64,000 nucleotides of DNA. It comes from Mobula hypostoma. Lineage: Eukaryota. Position numbers and translations under genes: made by a program. The notes beneath the pieces were generated by a model. That model saw only the letters and a list, made by a program, of their open reading frames with translations, was not told where the DNA came from and ran no database searches. The stretch is taken from positions 15,440,001-15,504,000 of the forward strand of contig NC_086118.1 in assembly GCF_963921235.1 (NCBI RefSeq). Direction: 5' to 3'. Positions 1-38,322 of the stretch are shown here, piece after piece; the first letter of the stretch is position 1, and every line of letters begins with the position of its first letter.

Positions 1-455
1 TTTCCAGGTGCCGTGTTCAAGTCCTGTCCAAGTAAAGGCTTTGTGTTCTCGCCCAGCCTGATGCTGGAGATTCCTTGTCCTGTGCTGGATCGTCCACATC
101 TGAATCCTTGGCAGTTACCTGGGCAAATATCCTCAGCAGTCATCCCGGCCCCTGTGTTCAAGAAAAGGTCCCGGCCCTGCATCCTAGAAGGGTCCTGGTG
201 GCTCCGAGCCCAAGTAGGAGTCCTGGCTCCGTACCCTAGAGCCTAACCCAGCCAAATCTAGTTCAAGAGGCACGTCCTGCACTGGAGATTCCTCGTCCTG
301 CGCTGAGATTCCTCATCCAGCCTGGTGCAGGAGTTCCCTCGTCCTGTCCAAGCCAAGACCAAGAACCTCATCCTGTCCAAGTCAAGGTTTTGTGTTCTCA
401 TTCTGTCCACCTACCTCGTCCTCTGCAGGCATTCCACGCCCAGTCCTGTAGCCAT
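1..455. repeat. LTR-like fragment with internal short repeats
   Basis: Recurring CTGGAGATTCCTYGTCCTG / GTCCAAG motifs; similar in style to 20075-20329. Confidence 0.35.
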
Positions 456-870
456 GTACTGTCCACATCTATACAGGAGAAATCCATATACACTACATCT
501 ACTGCTCTACCTTCATCAACGTGTTTAGTCACATCCTCAAAAAATTCAGTCAGGCTCATAAGGCCTGACCTGCCTTTGACAAAGCTATGCTGACTATTCC
601 TAATCATATTATGCCTCTCCAAATGTTCATAAATCCAGCCTCGCAGCATCTTCTCCATCAACTTACCAACCACTGAAGTAAGACTCACTGGTCTATAATT
701 TCCTGGGCTATCTCTACTCCCTTTCGTGAATAAGGAAACAACATCTGCAACCCTCCAATCCTCCAGAACCTCCCCCGTCCCCATTGATGATGCAAAGATC
801 ATTGCCAGAGGCTCAGCAATCTCTTCCCTCGCCTCGCACAGTAGCCTGGTGCACATCTCGTCCGGTCCCT
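456..870 (-). mobile_element. CR1 LINE RT fragment
   Basis: EIAEPLAMIF...NYRPVSLTSVVGK...QHSFVKG...VDVVYMDF. Confidence 0.85.
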
Positions 871-2710
871 TTGTTAGAAGGAATAAAGACAAAGACTATT
901 TTCTCAATAGGCAGTGGATTCAGAAATCAGAGGTGCAACGGGACTTGCGAACTCTAGTGCTGGATCCCCTGGAATATACTTGCAGTATATTAACTTGCAA
1001 TAGTAAGGAAGACAAATGCAATGTTAGCATTCATTTTGGGAAGATTGTAGGTTAAAAGCAAGGATGTAATGCTGAGGCTTTATAGTGGGTTGGTCAGACC
1101 ACATTTGGTGTACTCTGAGCAGTTTTGGGTCTCACTTCAAAGAATACATGTGCTGGCACTAGAGAGCACCCAGAGGATGCTTATGAGAATGATCCAGGAA
1201 TGAAAACATTAACATATGCAGACTGTTTGGTTGTCCTTGGCCTGAACTCACTGGAGTTTGGAAGGATGAGGTGGAGATCTCACTGAATATTGAAAGGCTT
1301 CGACAGAGTGGATCTGGAGAAGATGTTTCCATTATTGGGGGAGTTTACAACTAGAGGGCACAGCCTCTGAATAGAAGGATGTCTCTTGAGAATGAGATGA
1401 GAAGGAATTTATTCAGCCAGAGGACACCGAATCTATGGAATTCATTGGCAACTATGGAAGGCAAGTCATGATCAGCCATAGTGGAATGGTGGAGCAGACT
1501 CAATGGGCTGGAAGGCTTAACTCTACTCTTATATCTTGTGGTCTTATAAAGAGGCCAACAGGTTTGGATCTACATTCCAAAATTGGTAGATGTTGGTGCA
1601 GAATGCTTGGAGACTGTTATGGTACTCTTCAAAGACTCCAGATTCTGAAATATTCTCCTTAGATTTGGAAGTTCTTAAATTAAATTTAAAGAAGGAAGAG
1701 GGAAAATTAAGGTCTAAGTACCAGTTAAAGCAACACCAAATGTCAAGGTAATGCCAGAACCGGTTATTAAGAATGTGGAATAGGTTTCATGGAGTTGATG
1801 CAATGAATTAGCAGACATAGAGGATTGGTTAAAGACCAGAAACTAGAACAGAAATGAACCACAACTTTTCTGTTTACGTTGTTGTTACCTTTGGGTAGGG
1901 GTCAGTGGTGGACCTTATCTACAGAAATGGCTATCATGAAAGGTCAGAGAATTATTTAGCTATGTTTGCTGAAGATATTAAAGTTGATGGAGAAGAAGCC
2001 TGGAGCAGAATCAATGCAGAGTTTACAGAAGGATTTAGGAAGATGAGTGAGAAAGAAGATAACACATGGAAACTAATGTGGAAGATGAGGCATAATTCAT
2101 TTTGAATGACAAGAGTAACAAAACAGATTTTTTAAAAATCAATGAAAATCAGTAAGCATTACTATTGCATGAGATCTGGAAAGCAAAACACAAACCACAG
2201 AAAAAAATATGGGTACATCCAGCAGTCATGAGGGAAAATGGTATGTTGGCTTTTGCTGCCAGGATTTGGTGTACCAGAGGAAAGAACGTTTGCTGCAATT
2301 TTGAACACACCTGGAATAATGCCATATGTACCTAGAAGACAGAGATAAGCATTGAAGAGACTCAGTAGGATAGACCCATTTTATTGAAGGTCACAAAAAT
2401 GGTCATTGAAACATAATACACTCAGAGGATTTGCCATGCTAAATAATGAGAGACTGATTTTTCCTGTGTGTAAGGTCCATAGTTAAAGAGTACGTTTCAA
2501 GATAAGGGCTTGGCCAATTATGACTGAGATGTAAAGAATTTTCTTTACTCAGATATTTGTGACTCCTTTCTTAGGCTCCACCTCAATGGGCAATACGTAT
2601 TTTGTCACTGAGTATTTAAAAGGGAGATATTGGTAGATTTTGGTGAGAAAGGAATATGGAAATTTGACAAGAAATGTGCCCCAGGGTAGAGTATTAGCCA
2701 TGATATAACT
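871..2710 (+). mobile_element. Degraded CR1 3' fragments (younger copy to ~1545, older beyond)
   Basis: Decayed YFLN..IQKSEVQRDL..MLAFISRG sequence and CR1-type 3' tail. Confidence 0.65.
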
Positions 2711-3482
2711 TTTCTCCAGAATAGACAGAGAAATCGATGGCCTCTCCATATTGCACTGTTAAGTGTTCTTTCATCAAACTACTTTGTCTGCTAACAACAG
2801 AAATGTAACAAGATGATGAAGTACCTATCATCAAACTAGCCACTGGATATATTGATATTAAAAGCAGATACTGATCAATCAGTTCTCCAAATATCTTCTC
2901 TCAAGCATCTACCTAAATTGGGAGGGTAACTCGTAGCCGGTAAAATGGTGTTGAAAAGTCACAGCAGTTTGTGTGTTGCTCCAATAGGAATAATCAAATA
3001 TTCCAATTTAGGACTACTGAAACAGAGATCTACAGTCACAGCCATGGGTAGTTTAGTAACAGCACCATTTTAAGATGCTGAAAAAATATTGATACTCAAA
3101 ATCAACGAACCTTGGAGAGCAAATTTCCTTTAAGAAAATGGAAGCAGGGATACCATAGTGGTCTATAGCTACAAACGAAACACAGAGGCCTTAGACTTCC
3201 ACTCCCAATGATCCTGTTGGTGAAAGTACCGCCTCTGAAAAATAAAATTGAAGAGCAAGATTGTTGTATAAAAGCGACATCAGGGACTGCTGTATATTTT
3301 GCTTCACGGAAACATCGCTCTCCTCTGCCATTTTGAATGCAGTGCTGCAGCCCGTTTGCTTCACCATTCCCTTCAAAGACAGGACATCTCAATCTCTTAA
3401 AGGCAAAGGAAGTGGAGTAAGATTTATGATTAACTCATGATAGTGCAAAAACTTGGTTTATATCTCAGTCTGACATGGAACA

Positions 3483-5084
3483 CCTAGCAGAAAAGTGCGT
3501 GTCTACTTCACCCAAGGTGCCAAAAAGAGCAACCGGAGGGTTAGGTTCTAAATGGAAATTAAGAATATGAGATAGGGTTGAAAAAACTTCTCTCCAGAAT
3601 TTCTCTAGACTAGGACAGGCCCAGTACCTATGGATAAGAGAAGCCACACCCCCTTTATCTGATCACAAATGGGACTAATGTCAGGGGAAAACCGCAATAA
3701 TTTAGTTTTCAACATATGAGCCCTGTGTATAACCTTAAACAGCAAGAGGCATTGGTGAACACATAAAGAGGTTGAGTTAACTGACTTAAGAATTGAATCT
3801 AAACCGCATCAGACGGGGAGATATTTAGATCTTATTCCCAGGCATTTCTAATTTTATTGAAGGGGACACGCCTCAAAATCACTAACTTATCCCGAATAGC
3901 AGATATTAAACCTTTACCCAATGGATTGATACAAAGAAACAGGTCCAGAATGTTTTTCTCAGGCATCTAAGGAAAGTTTGATATTAAACGGTTAATGAAA
4001 TATCTAATTTGAAGATATCTAAAGAAATGAGTATTAGGTAGGTTAAACTTTACAGACAATTGTTGAAAATTTGCAAAACGATTATCTATAAAAAGATCTT
4101 CAAAGCGCCTAATACCCTTCCTATACCAATCGTAAAATGTTGAATCATGAAAAGGTAGGAAAAGATGACTGTGTAAAATAGTGTTAGAGAGAGAAACACC
4201 ACGAGGACCATTACATTTTCTGAACAGAGCCCATATTCTCAGAGTATGTCTAATAAGAGGATTAACAATTAGTCTAGGGAAATGACAAGGAAATGCGGAT
4301 CCGAGAAGTGCAGAAATGGGAAGATCCTTAGCAGAGTCCAACTCCATTGCCACCCATTTTGGGCGGTCAGACTGATTATGAAAGAAAGACCAAAAAAAAA
4401 GACAATGAATATTGGCAGCCCGATAATATAAACAAAAATTAGGCAAGGCCATACCACCTTCCTTTGGGTCTGACTAAACGTCGAACATTATCTTTTGCCT
4501 CTCTCTTGGCTAGACGGTTAATTCTTCTTAAGTGCAAAGATGCTGCCCCAGCCTCTCACGCTCAATGGCTTAGTGATATTATGTCCTGTTTAGACCTTGA
4601 AAAGATTTGTTATTCACTTCTTAATTCTGACATAAAGTTTCATAAGGTGTGGGGACCTTTTACTGAATATTTTCATCACTCCTCTTTAGATTAAGTTTAT
4701 CCTTTTTTGTATGCGACCATCCCTGACACTCAGCTATTTTTCTTCTGTAAGTTTTATGTTTTTTTTTGTGAATTAAATTACATTATAGTTTTGGTAGTCA
4801 GCATTATATTTTCTTTTTTTCTTATATATATTTACAGCTCTGTGGAGTTGAATGCTCTGATTAATTTTTTTCTTTTAACACAGAAATGGTTGGCCTGGGT
4901 TTTTTTTTCCAGTGGCAGGTAGGGGTGAATACTAATCTTGCATGATTTCATTTTGGGTGCTTTTTTATTGATATGAATTATGTATTGGACATGTTTGTTT
5001 TGCACTGTATAAATCTCCATTTTGTTCATGGTTTTTTTTCTGTAGCTCCATTGTAGAAACTCATAAAAATTAATAAAAAGAATA
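3483..5084 (+). mobile_element. 5'-truncated, 5'-inverted L1-clade LINE
   Basis: ORF2 C-terminal sequence on - (3483-4465: GGMALPNF...HFFRYLQIR...WACPSLEKFW) continues on + (4466-4694: LARRLILL.W...WGPF), then T-rich 3'UTR and A-rich tail. Confidence 0.85.
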
Positions 5085-5109
5085 ACATCGAACAGTCAAA
5101 TGTCATCCA

Positions 5110-6560
5110 TTTTATCTGCTGAGGGAGTTTTCCTGGGAGCTATGGTCCACCTCTGCTCAACATTAGTCAGGCACTAGAGGAGCAGAGTAATGTTATCAAC
5201 AGCAATGAATCTGAACACACTGATGCCTTACCTATCATTGTGGGCAATTTAATCCAGGACAGGTTGAAGAAGTCTCTGAACAACTATCACCAACATATCA
5301 CCTGTGGAGCCAGAGGAGGTATCAGGTTAGACCACTGTTACACTACCATCAGGAATGCTTACCATGCCATCTCACACAAACAATTTCAAAAGACAGGACT
5401 GCTTTAACTTGGTGGACCCTACAATGTTCATGGATTCATCTTCAAGTCTGAATGAGTGCACCACATTTACCATCAACTTCATTAAGACCTGCGTGAAAGA
5501 TTGTGTGTCTTTGAGAACATACCATACACAAACCAAAAACTGCAGATGAAGCAGGAAATTTGCACCTTGCTGAGGGCTAGATCTGTGGCATTCAAGACCG
5601 GTGGTGCAGAATGATACAGGAAGTATACAACTTCTTTTTCGAGTCCCGTACAGTGGCCCCTCCATAACAGACAGTGGTGCAACCAGTTTATTATTTATTG
5701 ACCACAGGAGGAAAAACCAGAGATCCTCACTGGTGGATCAGAAGTGGAGAGAGTCAGAAACCTCAAATTCCACAGTGTTATCATTTGAAAGTATCTGTCC
5801 TGTAAGTGTCATTACTAAAGAAAGCACGGCAGCACCTCTACTTTCTTAGAAGTGTGTGAAGATTTGGCATATCATCTAAAACATTGACAAACTTCCATAG
5901 ATATGTGATGGAAAGTATCCTGACTGGTCGCAATATGGCCTGGCGTGGAAACACTATTTTAAGGGTGGGAAAACAATTCCAACTGAGGTTAGGGAATCTG
6001 ATGTATGTCAACTTTGGCAGGTTTTGCAGGACATCACTTTCTACAAAGCAAAACCTAACATTCATGAATGGCTGTGATGCTTCACTCCCAGATGAGCCCA
6101 ATGCCTTTTTTATGCATACTTTGAAAGGGAGAATAAAACTACACCCATGCAAATCCCTGCAGCATCCGGCAACTCTGTGATCTCTGTCTTGGAGGCCAAA
6201 GTCAGAACATCTTTCAAGAGGGTTAACCCTTGCAAGGTGTCAAGCCCTGATGGTGTACCTAGTAGGGCTATGAAAACCTGGGCCAACCAATTGGTGGAAG
6301 TGTTCCAAGGACATCTTCAACCTCACTGCTACATTCAGACGTTCCCACCTGCTTCAAAGGGACGACAGTTGTACCAGTGCCCAAACAGAGCGGAGTGATC
6401 TGCCTTAACAATTTTTGTCTAGTTGCACTCACATCTACAGTGATGAAGTGCTTTAAGAGGTTTGTTATGGCTAAAATCAACTCTCCTAAGCAAGGAGCTG
6501 GACCTGCTGCAATTTGCTTATCGCCACAATAGGTTTAAAGCAGATGCATTCTCATAGGAT
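5110..6560 (+). mobile_element. Rex1/Babar LINE fragments (rearranged/nested)
   Basis: Decayed QHITC..R...LDHCYTTI endonuclease, PDGVP and VALTSTVMKCF RT motifs; a 3' piece (LTNF.R..ESILT) interposed at ~5690-5950. Confidence 0.7.
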
Positions 6561-6960
6561 ATATGCACCTAGAAGACAAAGATAAGGAAACTGCATTTAC
6601 ATGTGCAGTGAATGTAGCCAAACCTTTAGACCCAACCATATCTCAATAGTAAAGCTAAAGACATGATCATAAAGAAAGCAAAACCATTTCAGTAGCTACA
6701 GCTTTGAGATCCATTCAGACCTGTGCACATCAAGCACAAGGGATCCAATCTTTATTTGCCAAATACTGCTCAATTCAATTCCTATCAACCATCAGCAAAA
6801 TGCTGGGAAGTGCCATGGTCTGTTCTTTCCTGTTCATAGATACTCAATCTGGATTTCACTGGGTCCACTTTGTACTGTACAATATTAATAAATATCTGCT
6901 GACAAATTTAGAATTTGCATCAAAATTAAAACTTGTTAAATATTAGATAAAGATATTCCT

Positions 6961-8182
6961 TTCTTTCTTTTTCAATCTTCTTATTAGTTTCATAAAATAT
7001 AAACATAACATAGCAATAATACAAGTAGTTAGAGATATATTGTTGTACTTAAAATGAGTAATTATAATACCAAATAGTATAAACTGACAAACTCCCAATT
7101 GTGTAGGATAACAATGAATAATACAGAACTAAAAATAACTGGAGAAAAATCATGAAAAAGAAAAAAAATAGAAAAAAAAACAAACCTCACCCCAAAAGAA
7201 AAACTAAACTAAACAGAATTAGTCAACTGAACTAAAAAGACTTGGGCAATTTTAACAATGTAAAAATGGAAGAGAAGAAAACCTTAGTGTCGACGACTCC
7301 ATTCCTCTCCACCAACAATACAGAGAAGTAAAATAAGTTTGGAAATGGTCAAATTACATCATATGAAAATGCTGAATGAATGGCCTCCAAGTTTTTTCAA
7401 ATTTAATGGAAGGGTCATAAACCCACTTCTAATTTTTTCCAAATTCAAACACAACATAGTTTGTGAAAACCAATGAAATACAGTAGGAGGGTTAATCTCT
7501 TTCCAATTCAGCAAAATGGATCTTCTAGCCATTAAAGTAAGAAATGCAATCATCCGGCGTGCTGAAGAGGTAAAATAATTTGAGTCTATCATTGGTAATC
7601 CAAAATTAACAGTAATTGGATGAGGTTGTAAGTCTGTATTCAAAACCGTTGAAATAATATCAAAAATTATTTTTCCAATATTTTTCCAACAAAGGACATG
7701 ACCAAAACATGTGAGTTAAAGAGGCTCGGATTGACATCTATCACATATAGGATTAATATAACAATAATAACGAGATAGTTTATCTTTGGACATATGAGCC
7801 CTGTGCACTACTTTAAACTGTATCAACACATGTTTAGCACACATAGAGGATGAATTGACCAATTGAAGAATTTTTTCCAATTTTCAATCGGTATAATAAT
7901 CTTAAATTCTCTTTCCCAATCAGCTTTAATTTTATTGGAAACATCAGGACATAAATTCATAATTATATTATAAATAATTGCTACAACACTTTTCTGAGAG
8001 AGATTTAGATCTAAAAATTTTTCCAAAGTATCCATTGGATATGAGTGTGGAAAATTAGGAGAAGCAGTAATTAAAAAGTATCTAATCTGTAGATATTTTT
8101 GTGATTTATTTTTGGGTAATTGTTTCATGACTTTTGATCAACTTTCTAATAAATATAACTTACCCAGATCTCACTTTTTTAA
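6961..8182 (-). mobile_element. 5'-truncated, 5'-inverted L1-clade LINE with 14-bp TSD
   Basis: ORF2 C-terminus on -; A-rich tail at 6961; ATAAAGATATTCCT duplicated at 6947-6960 and 8183-8196. Confidence 0.9.
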
Positions 8183-8289
8183 ATAAAGATATTCCTATAC
8201 TTTAAAAAATCTTTATCAATAAAACTGCTCAGTGGATTTCTGAATTGTAGACAATTTGTCCCCATCAAGAATGCACTACCAATTAAGCA

Positions 8290-8545
8290 GACCTATTTTA
8301 GAGGTTCACTGAGAGAAGAATTTAAACACTGGACTTATCACGTGTCAGGTTTGTATGTTCATCTTGTATGGACAACACAGGAATGATGAATAAATGAATG
8401 GTAAAGAATTCCAAATCAAATTACTGACTGTGCTTCTCTAATTATATCCTGATATTGGAATACCAGCTGATGAAATGATCAGGTGTTTGTATACTAAATA
8501 TGGGAACTGAACCTGCTGTGCTGACAAAAAACGGTATATATAAGT
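8290..8545 (+). promoter_or_regulatory. Myosin gene proximal promoter
   Basis: TATATATAAG 8535-8544; CArG-like CTAAATATGG 8494-8503; E-boxes CAGCTG 8464, CAGGTG 8480, CACGTG 8339; MEF3-like TCAGGTTT 8345; MEF2-like CTATTTTAG 8293; ~45 bp upstream of a G|GTAAGT donor. Confidence 0.75.
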
Positions 8546-8567
8546 TGTGCAGAGAACAGAGAGAACT

Positions 8568-8587
8568 GCTGGTGTCCAACCATCAGG
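8568..8587 (+). other. myh: MYH exon 1 (non-coding; start approximate)
   Basis: ~25-30 bp downstream of TATA; ends CAGG|GTAAGT. Confidence 0.7.
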
Positions 8588-8816
8588 GTAAGTTTCTCAC
8601 TAACTTCATCTTAATTACAATATTTTTTCATCTCTCCGATGAAGTAATTGGCAGGCAGATCTCATCAAGCTGTGTAAAATATGGTATATTCTTCACAACA
8701 GAATAATCCAGGAAATTATCAATGATTACCCAAGACTCAAATGTAATCAGCATACTTAAATCAGAGAGAAAGAAAGAGAAGTGAATTTACCCACTGTTTT
8801 GTTTTTCTTTTGGTAG

Positions 8817-8858
8817 AGTTGGCGTACAAGTAGAGAATCTTACCGGGGACTGACAAAG
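8817..8858 (+). other. myh: MYH exon 2 (non-coding, 42 nt)
   Basis: T-rich tract + TAG| acceptor, AAG|GTAATA donor; matches the usual two short 5'UTR exons of sarcomeric MYH genes. Confidence 0.6.
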
Positions 8859-9776
8859 GTAATACGTTAAAATCAAGCAAGTGTGAACTCCTTTTGTTGA
8901 GCATAACGCGAATAAGCAAAGTTCACTTATACGTAGTTATGTTTTGTTGAATGTGTTGTTTCACTTTTAAGCACAGAACGTCTAAGTTAGTGGTATGCTA
9001 AACACTTCAATCATAATACCTGAGTTGTTAACCTAAGCCGCAACCGATGCAGCTGTTCTTATCCAGAAGTACTGTTGTAGGTTAGTTTAATGAAATGTAA
9101 ATATTCACATACTTTATGCAACTGTGGCAGTTACTAATACTTCCCACAATTCCCAAACCATACGTTTTAATATTAAATTAATTGAAAAAATACTATCACT
9201 GGAATCATTTACTTACCACTCTGAACATGCCAAACAAATTAATAGTTCACGATAAAGATGTGCAAACACAAAACTTCCGACTGGTTCCCTCATTTTATTA
9301 TCCTTAAAGTAACTGTATCTATTATAGTATGAGTTAGAAAAGATTTCTTATGAATAATAGTTCAAGCTGAATGCACAGCCAAAAATTAGATATGCAGGCT
9401 TTTTAATAGTCAAGGTAGAAACTGTATTTTAATATGGTCTCAATCAGATCACAAAACGCGATTATTTCAGAGATCTAAATGCACTGAAGGGTGAAGGATA
9501 ATCATTTAAATAAGATGTTCATATAATTGTTATAAATGCATTGTACTTTATCAATCAGCAACGATAGGGGACAAAAACAATCAAAAGAAAATTCAGAAAC
9601 TCAGAAATAAAGGAGAAAAATTAATGCTTCTCTCTAAATCATAGTTTAGTGTTATGCCGCATTTAAAAAAAAGCAGAATTTATTGTTTTCTACAAGCAAT
9701 GCAAGCAGTATGCTGATATTATGCGAGATTAAGTAATTTAAATGTTCCTTGTATATTCCAGCGATAGACCGAAGCC

Positions 9777-35546
<25,770 letters not shown>

Positions 35547-35639
35547 AAGGCAAGATGAAATGGTCCAAAGAAGAAATCCACAAAATGTGTATTTCTCTGT
35601 AACATACAGTAGTTTTATAAATTATGTGATAACTAAAGA

Positions 35640-35645
35640 AATAAA
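35640..35645 (+). terminator. Polyadenylation signal of myosin gene
   Basis: AATAAA 94 nt after the stop, followed by a T-rich downstream element. Confidence 0.8.
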
Positions 35646-36399
35646 AGTGCAACACTGAAAAATCATTTTTCTTGTCAATTTGCCTTTGTTGGATGATTCA
35701 ATAATTATAGAAGCATAAAACAAACAGAAATTAGTTTTATTGCAATCATAAATATTGGTGAGTATAGAATGGGAATATTAGAATTAGTCACACCTTCAGA
35801 AATAAGTGAAAATCAAAAAGAAAATGAAGATGCTGGAAGCTAAAAACAAATAGAAAATGCTGAAAGCACTCAACAATTCAGGCCAAATCTGTGGAAGAAG
35901 AAAGAGTTATTTCCTCAACCTGAAGAATTAATTCAGTTTTTCTTCCCATCTTTTCTATTTTCTGTTTATATTATACCTCCATCAGAACATTTGAAGGGAA
36001 ACTTGTCTGTAAAATACGTTCATCCAAACTGTGATACCTAGGTCAATTTGTGTTCTTGGCCCAATTAACTATTTTCCCTTGAGCTGCAGGTGTCTCTTTT
36101 ACCACCCACCCTGCCATCAATAGTTCGTATTTGAAGTGGCCATGTGCAGAGTCACTGACCTTGCCTGCAATTGCCATAAGTACACTTCCTGAAACAGGAC
36201 TGGTTGGGAAGGGCACCAGGAGAGTGATTATGACAACTGTAAAGTCTTAGGTCCATTTTATCTCCTGTTGGCACCACCAAAAACTCTTTAATATAAAAAA
36301 GTCAACCTTTTACTTGCAGCTTTTGTTCAGGTCACAGAGACAAAGAACAGGAAAATCAGGGACAGAGGCAGGAAATTCAGAGTAATGGCTGAACTTTTA

Positions 36400-37050
36400 C
36401 CTCAGTGTCACTCCCCTGTAATATCTTCATTAATAGTAAAAATTAATATTGTCTTAAGCATACTCAGTAAATGAGCCATCACTGCTTTCTCGTAAAGACA
36501 TTCCTCATCTCAGATTTATCTGAGTCTTTATTTTTAGACTGACTGATCTTACTTTGATACTCCAGCCAGGAGCTACAGCAATTCTGCATCTATCTTGTCA
36601 AGCCCTGTGAGAATGTCTTTGTTTAAATGAGATCAGCTCCCATTCTTTTGAGATCGTATACCCAGTTAGTTTAATTTCAGATCAGAGAACAAACCTCGAA
36701 GCCAGAGGAATCAATCTGATGAACCTTCAATGTACTCACTCTCTCGAAACTTCATTCCTTCTTAGAATGAGAAACAAGAACAATGCAGTACATTGTAGGT
36801 GTAGATTCAGTCTCCTTAATCTCTCTTCAGAGAACAAAGCTCTGAATCCCAGGAATAAATCCGATGAACCTTCAATGTACCCATACTCTCAAATGTATAT
36901 TCCTTCTCAGAACGAGAACCAAGAGTAGTGGACCATATCGGTGTGGTCTCACCAGGGATTAATATGATTGCAGTAATACTTCTTTACACTTGCATTCAAA
37001 TTCTCCTGCACTAAAGGCACATATTCCATTTGCCTTCCACAATACTACTT
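36400..37050 (-). mobile_element. Old CR1 fragment with ~145-bp internal duplication
   Basis: CAGAGAACAAA...GATGAACCTTCAATGTAC at 36683 and 36828. Confidence 0.55.
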
Positions 37051-38137
37051 CAAAGCACCAAATTATGCACTGTTCCCATTTCAAGAAGCTATCTTAATTT
37101 TGGCTTCAGAACATTATGATTTGGAATTCAAATATTTGGTGAAGAATATATAAGATTTTATTTCTTTTTTACTGTTTATCTGGCTCAAGGCTGACATGTT
37201 ATTAAAATTATTACATAATCTCTGAATATCTCTTCAGTTGTTAATTAGAACAATCTTAATTTTGATTTGAAAATAAATTTTAAAAATCCAATAGACAAAC
37301 ATAATCATTTTGCACAAAAGGGGGTTCTTTGATTACCTCATACCCATTTATTCTCATTTGATTTTTAATGTCTGAAGTAATTGCTAGTTTTACCTCTGCT
37401 TGGGCTGACTGTATTTTATTTGTTTTAGTTGCCATCTTTGCATTTAAGGACCATCAATCATGACCTGAGAAAAAAACCTGAAAAAATGATCAATTTTCAG
37501 ACAATAAAGCCAAAGGTTAGTTTCATTATATTATAGATATTTTATATATACGGAAACAATAATAGATTATTCTTTTGGGTAATAAAAATGTTTACACTAA
37601 TAACTTTAAACTGTTCTATTGAGCTAGTTATTTCCAATTTCTGGGATGACTTAATTATTCAAATAGACGGAACATTTTGAATACATGTTCTGAGTTTAAC
37701 TTGTTTGTTCAGATAATTCTACTTCATTGGATTACATTGTCAATATGAGTTAAACTGAGACTGAGAACAGAATACAGATTGACTTTGGAAAGAAGGAGCT
37801 GCACTAGTATGAAGAAAGTAGGACGAAAGAGTAACTTGCATTGATATGGTACTACATTGATTGCAGGATATCCCACACACTTTACTACTGATTAGTAATG
37901 TTAGTACAGTACTTGAAGAGTGCAGTAATGCATAGGCAGAGAGGAGAGAAAGTCTAACGGTTCCATTTATGCCCAGCAATAATGTACAAAAAGTGACATA
38001 ATGGCCAAGTTATTTTTCATAACATAATTAATTCAGTGAAAAATATTAACTGGAGAAGTATTCTCCACCTCTTACTGGAATGAGCATCCACCATGATAAC
38101 AGACACGGATTTGATCTAAACTATTGTCACCGCAGCA

Positions 38138-38322
38138 ACACACACAAAATGGTAGAGAAACCCAGCATGTCAGGCAGCATCTATGGGAAAAAGTACAGCC
38201 AACGTTTCAGACCGAAACCCTTCGACAGTCCTTTTTCCATAGATGCTGCCTGGCCTGCTAAATTCCTCCAGTATTTTCTGTATGTTGCTCAGATTTCCAG
38301 CATCTCCAAATTTTCTCTTGCT
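38138..38322. mobile_element. Fold-back Penelope-tail element with 16-bp flanking direct repeat
   Basis: Inverted arms CAGGCAGCATCTATGG / CCATAGATGCTGCCTG; TATTGTCAYYGCAGCA at 38122-38137 and 38323-38338. Confidence 0.8.

Noticed and set aside
3100..3400. ORFs 3102-3392 / 3191-3376 as a host gene exon
   Set aside because: No recognisable domain or convincing splice context; possibly the 5' end of a LINE.
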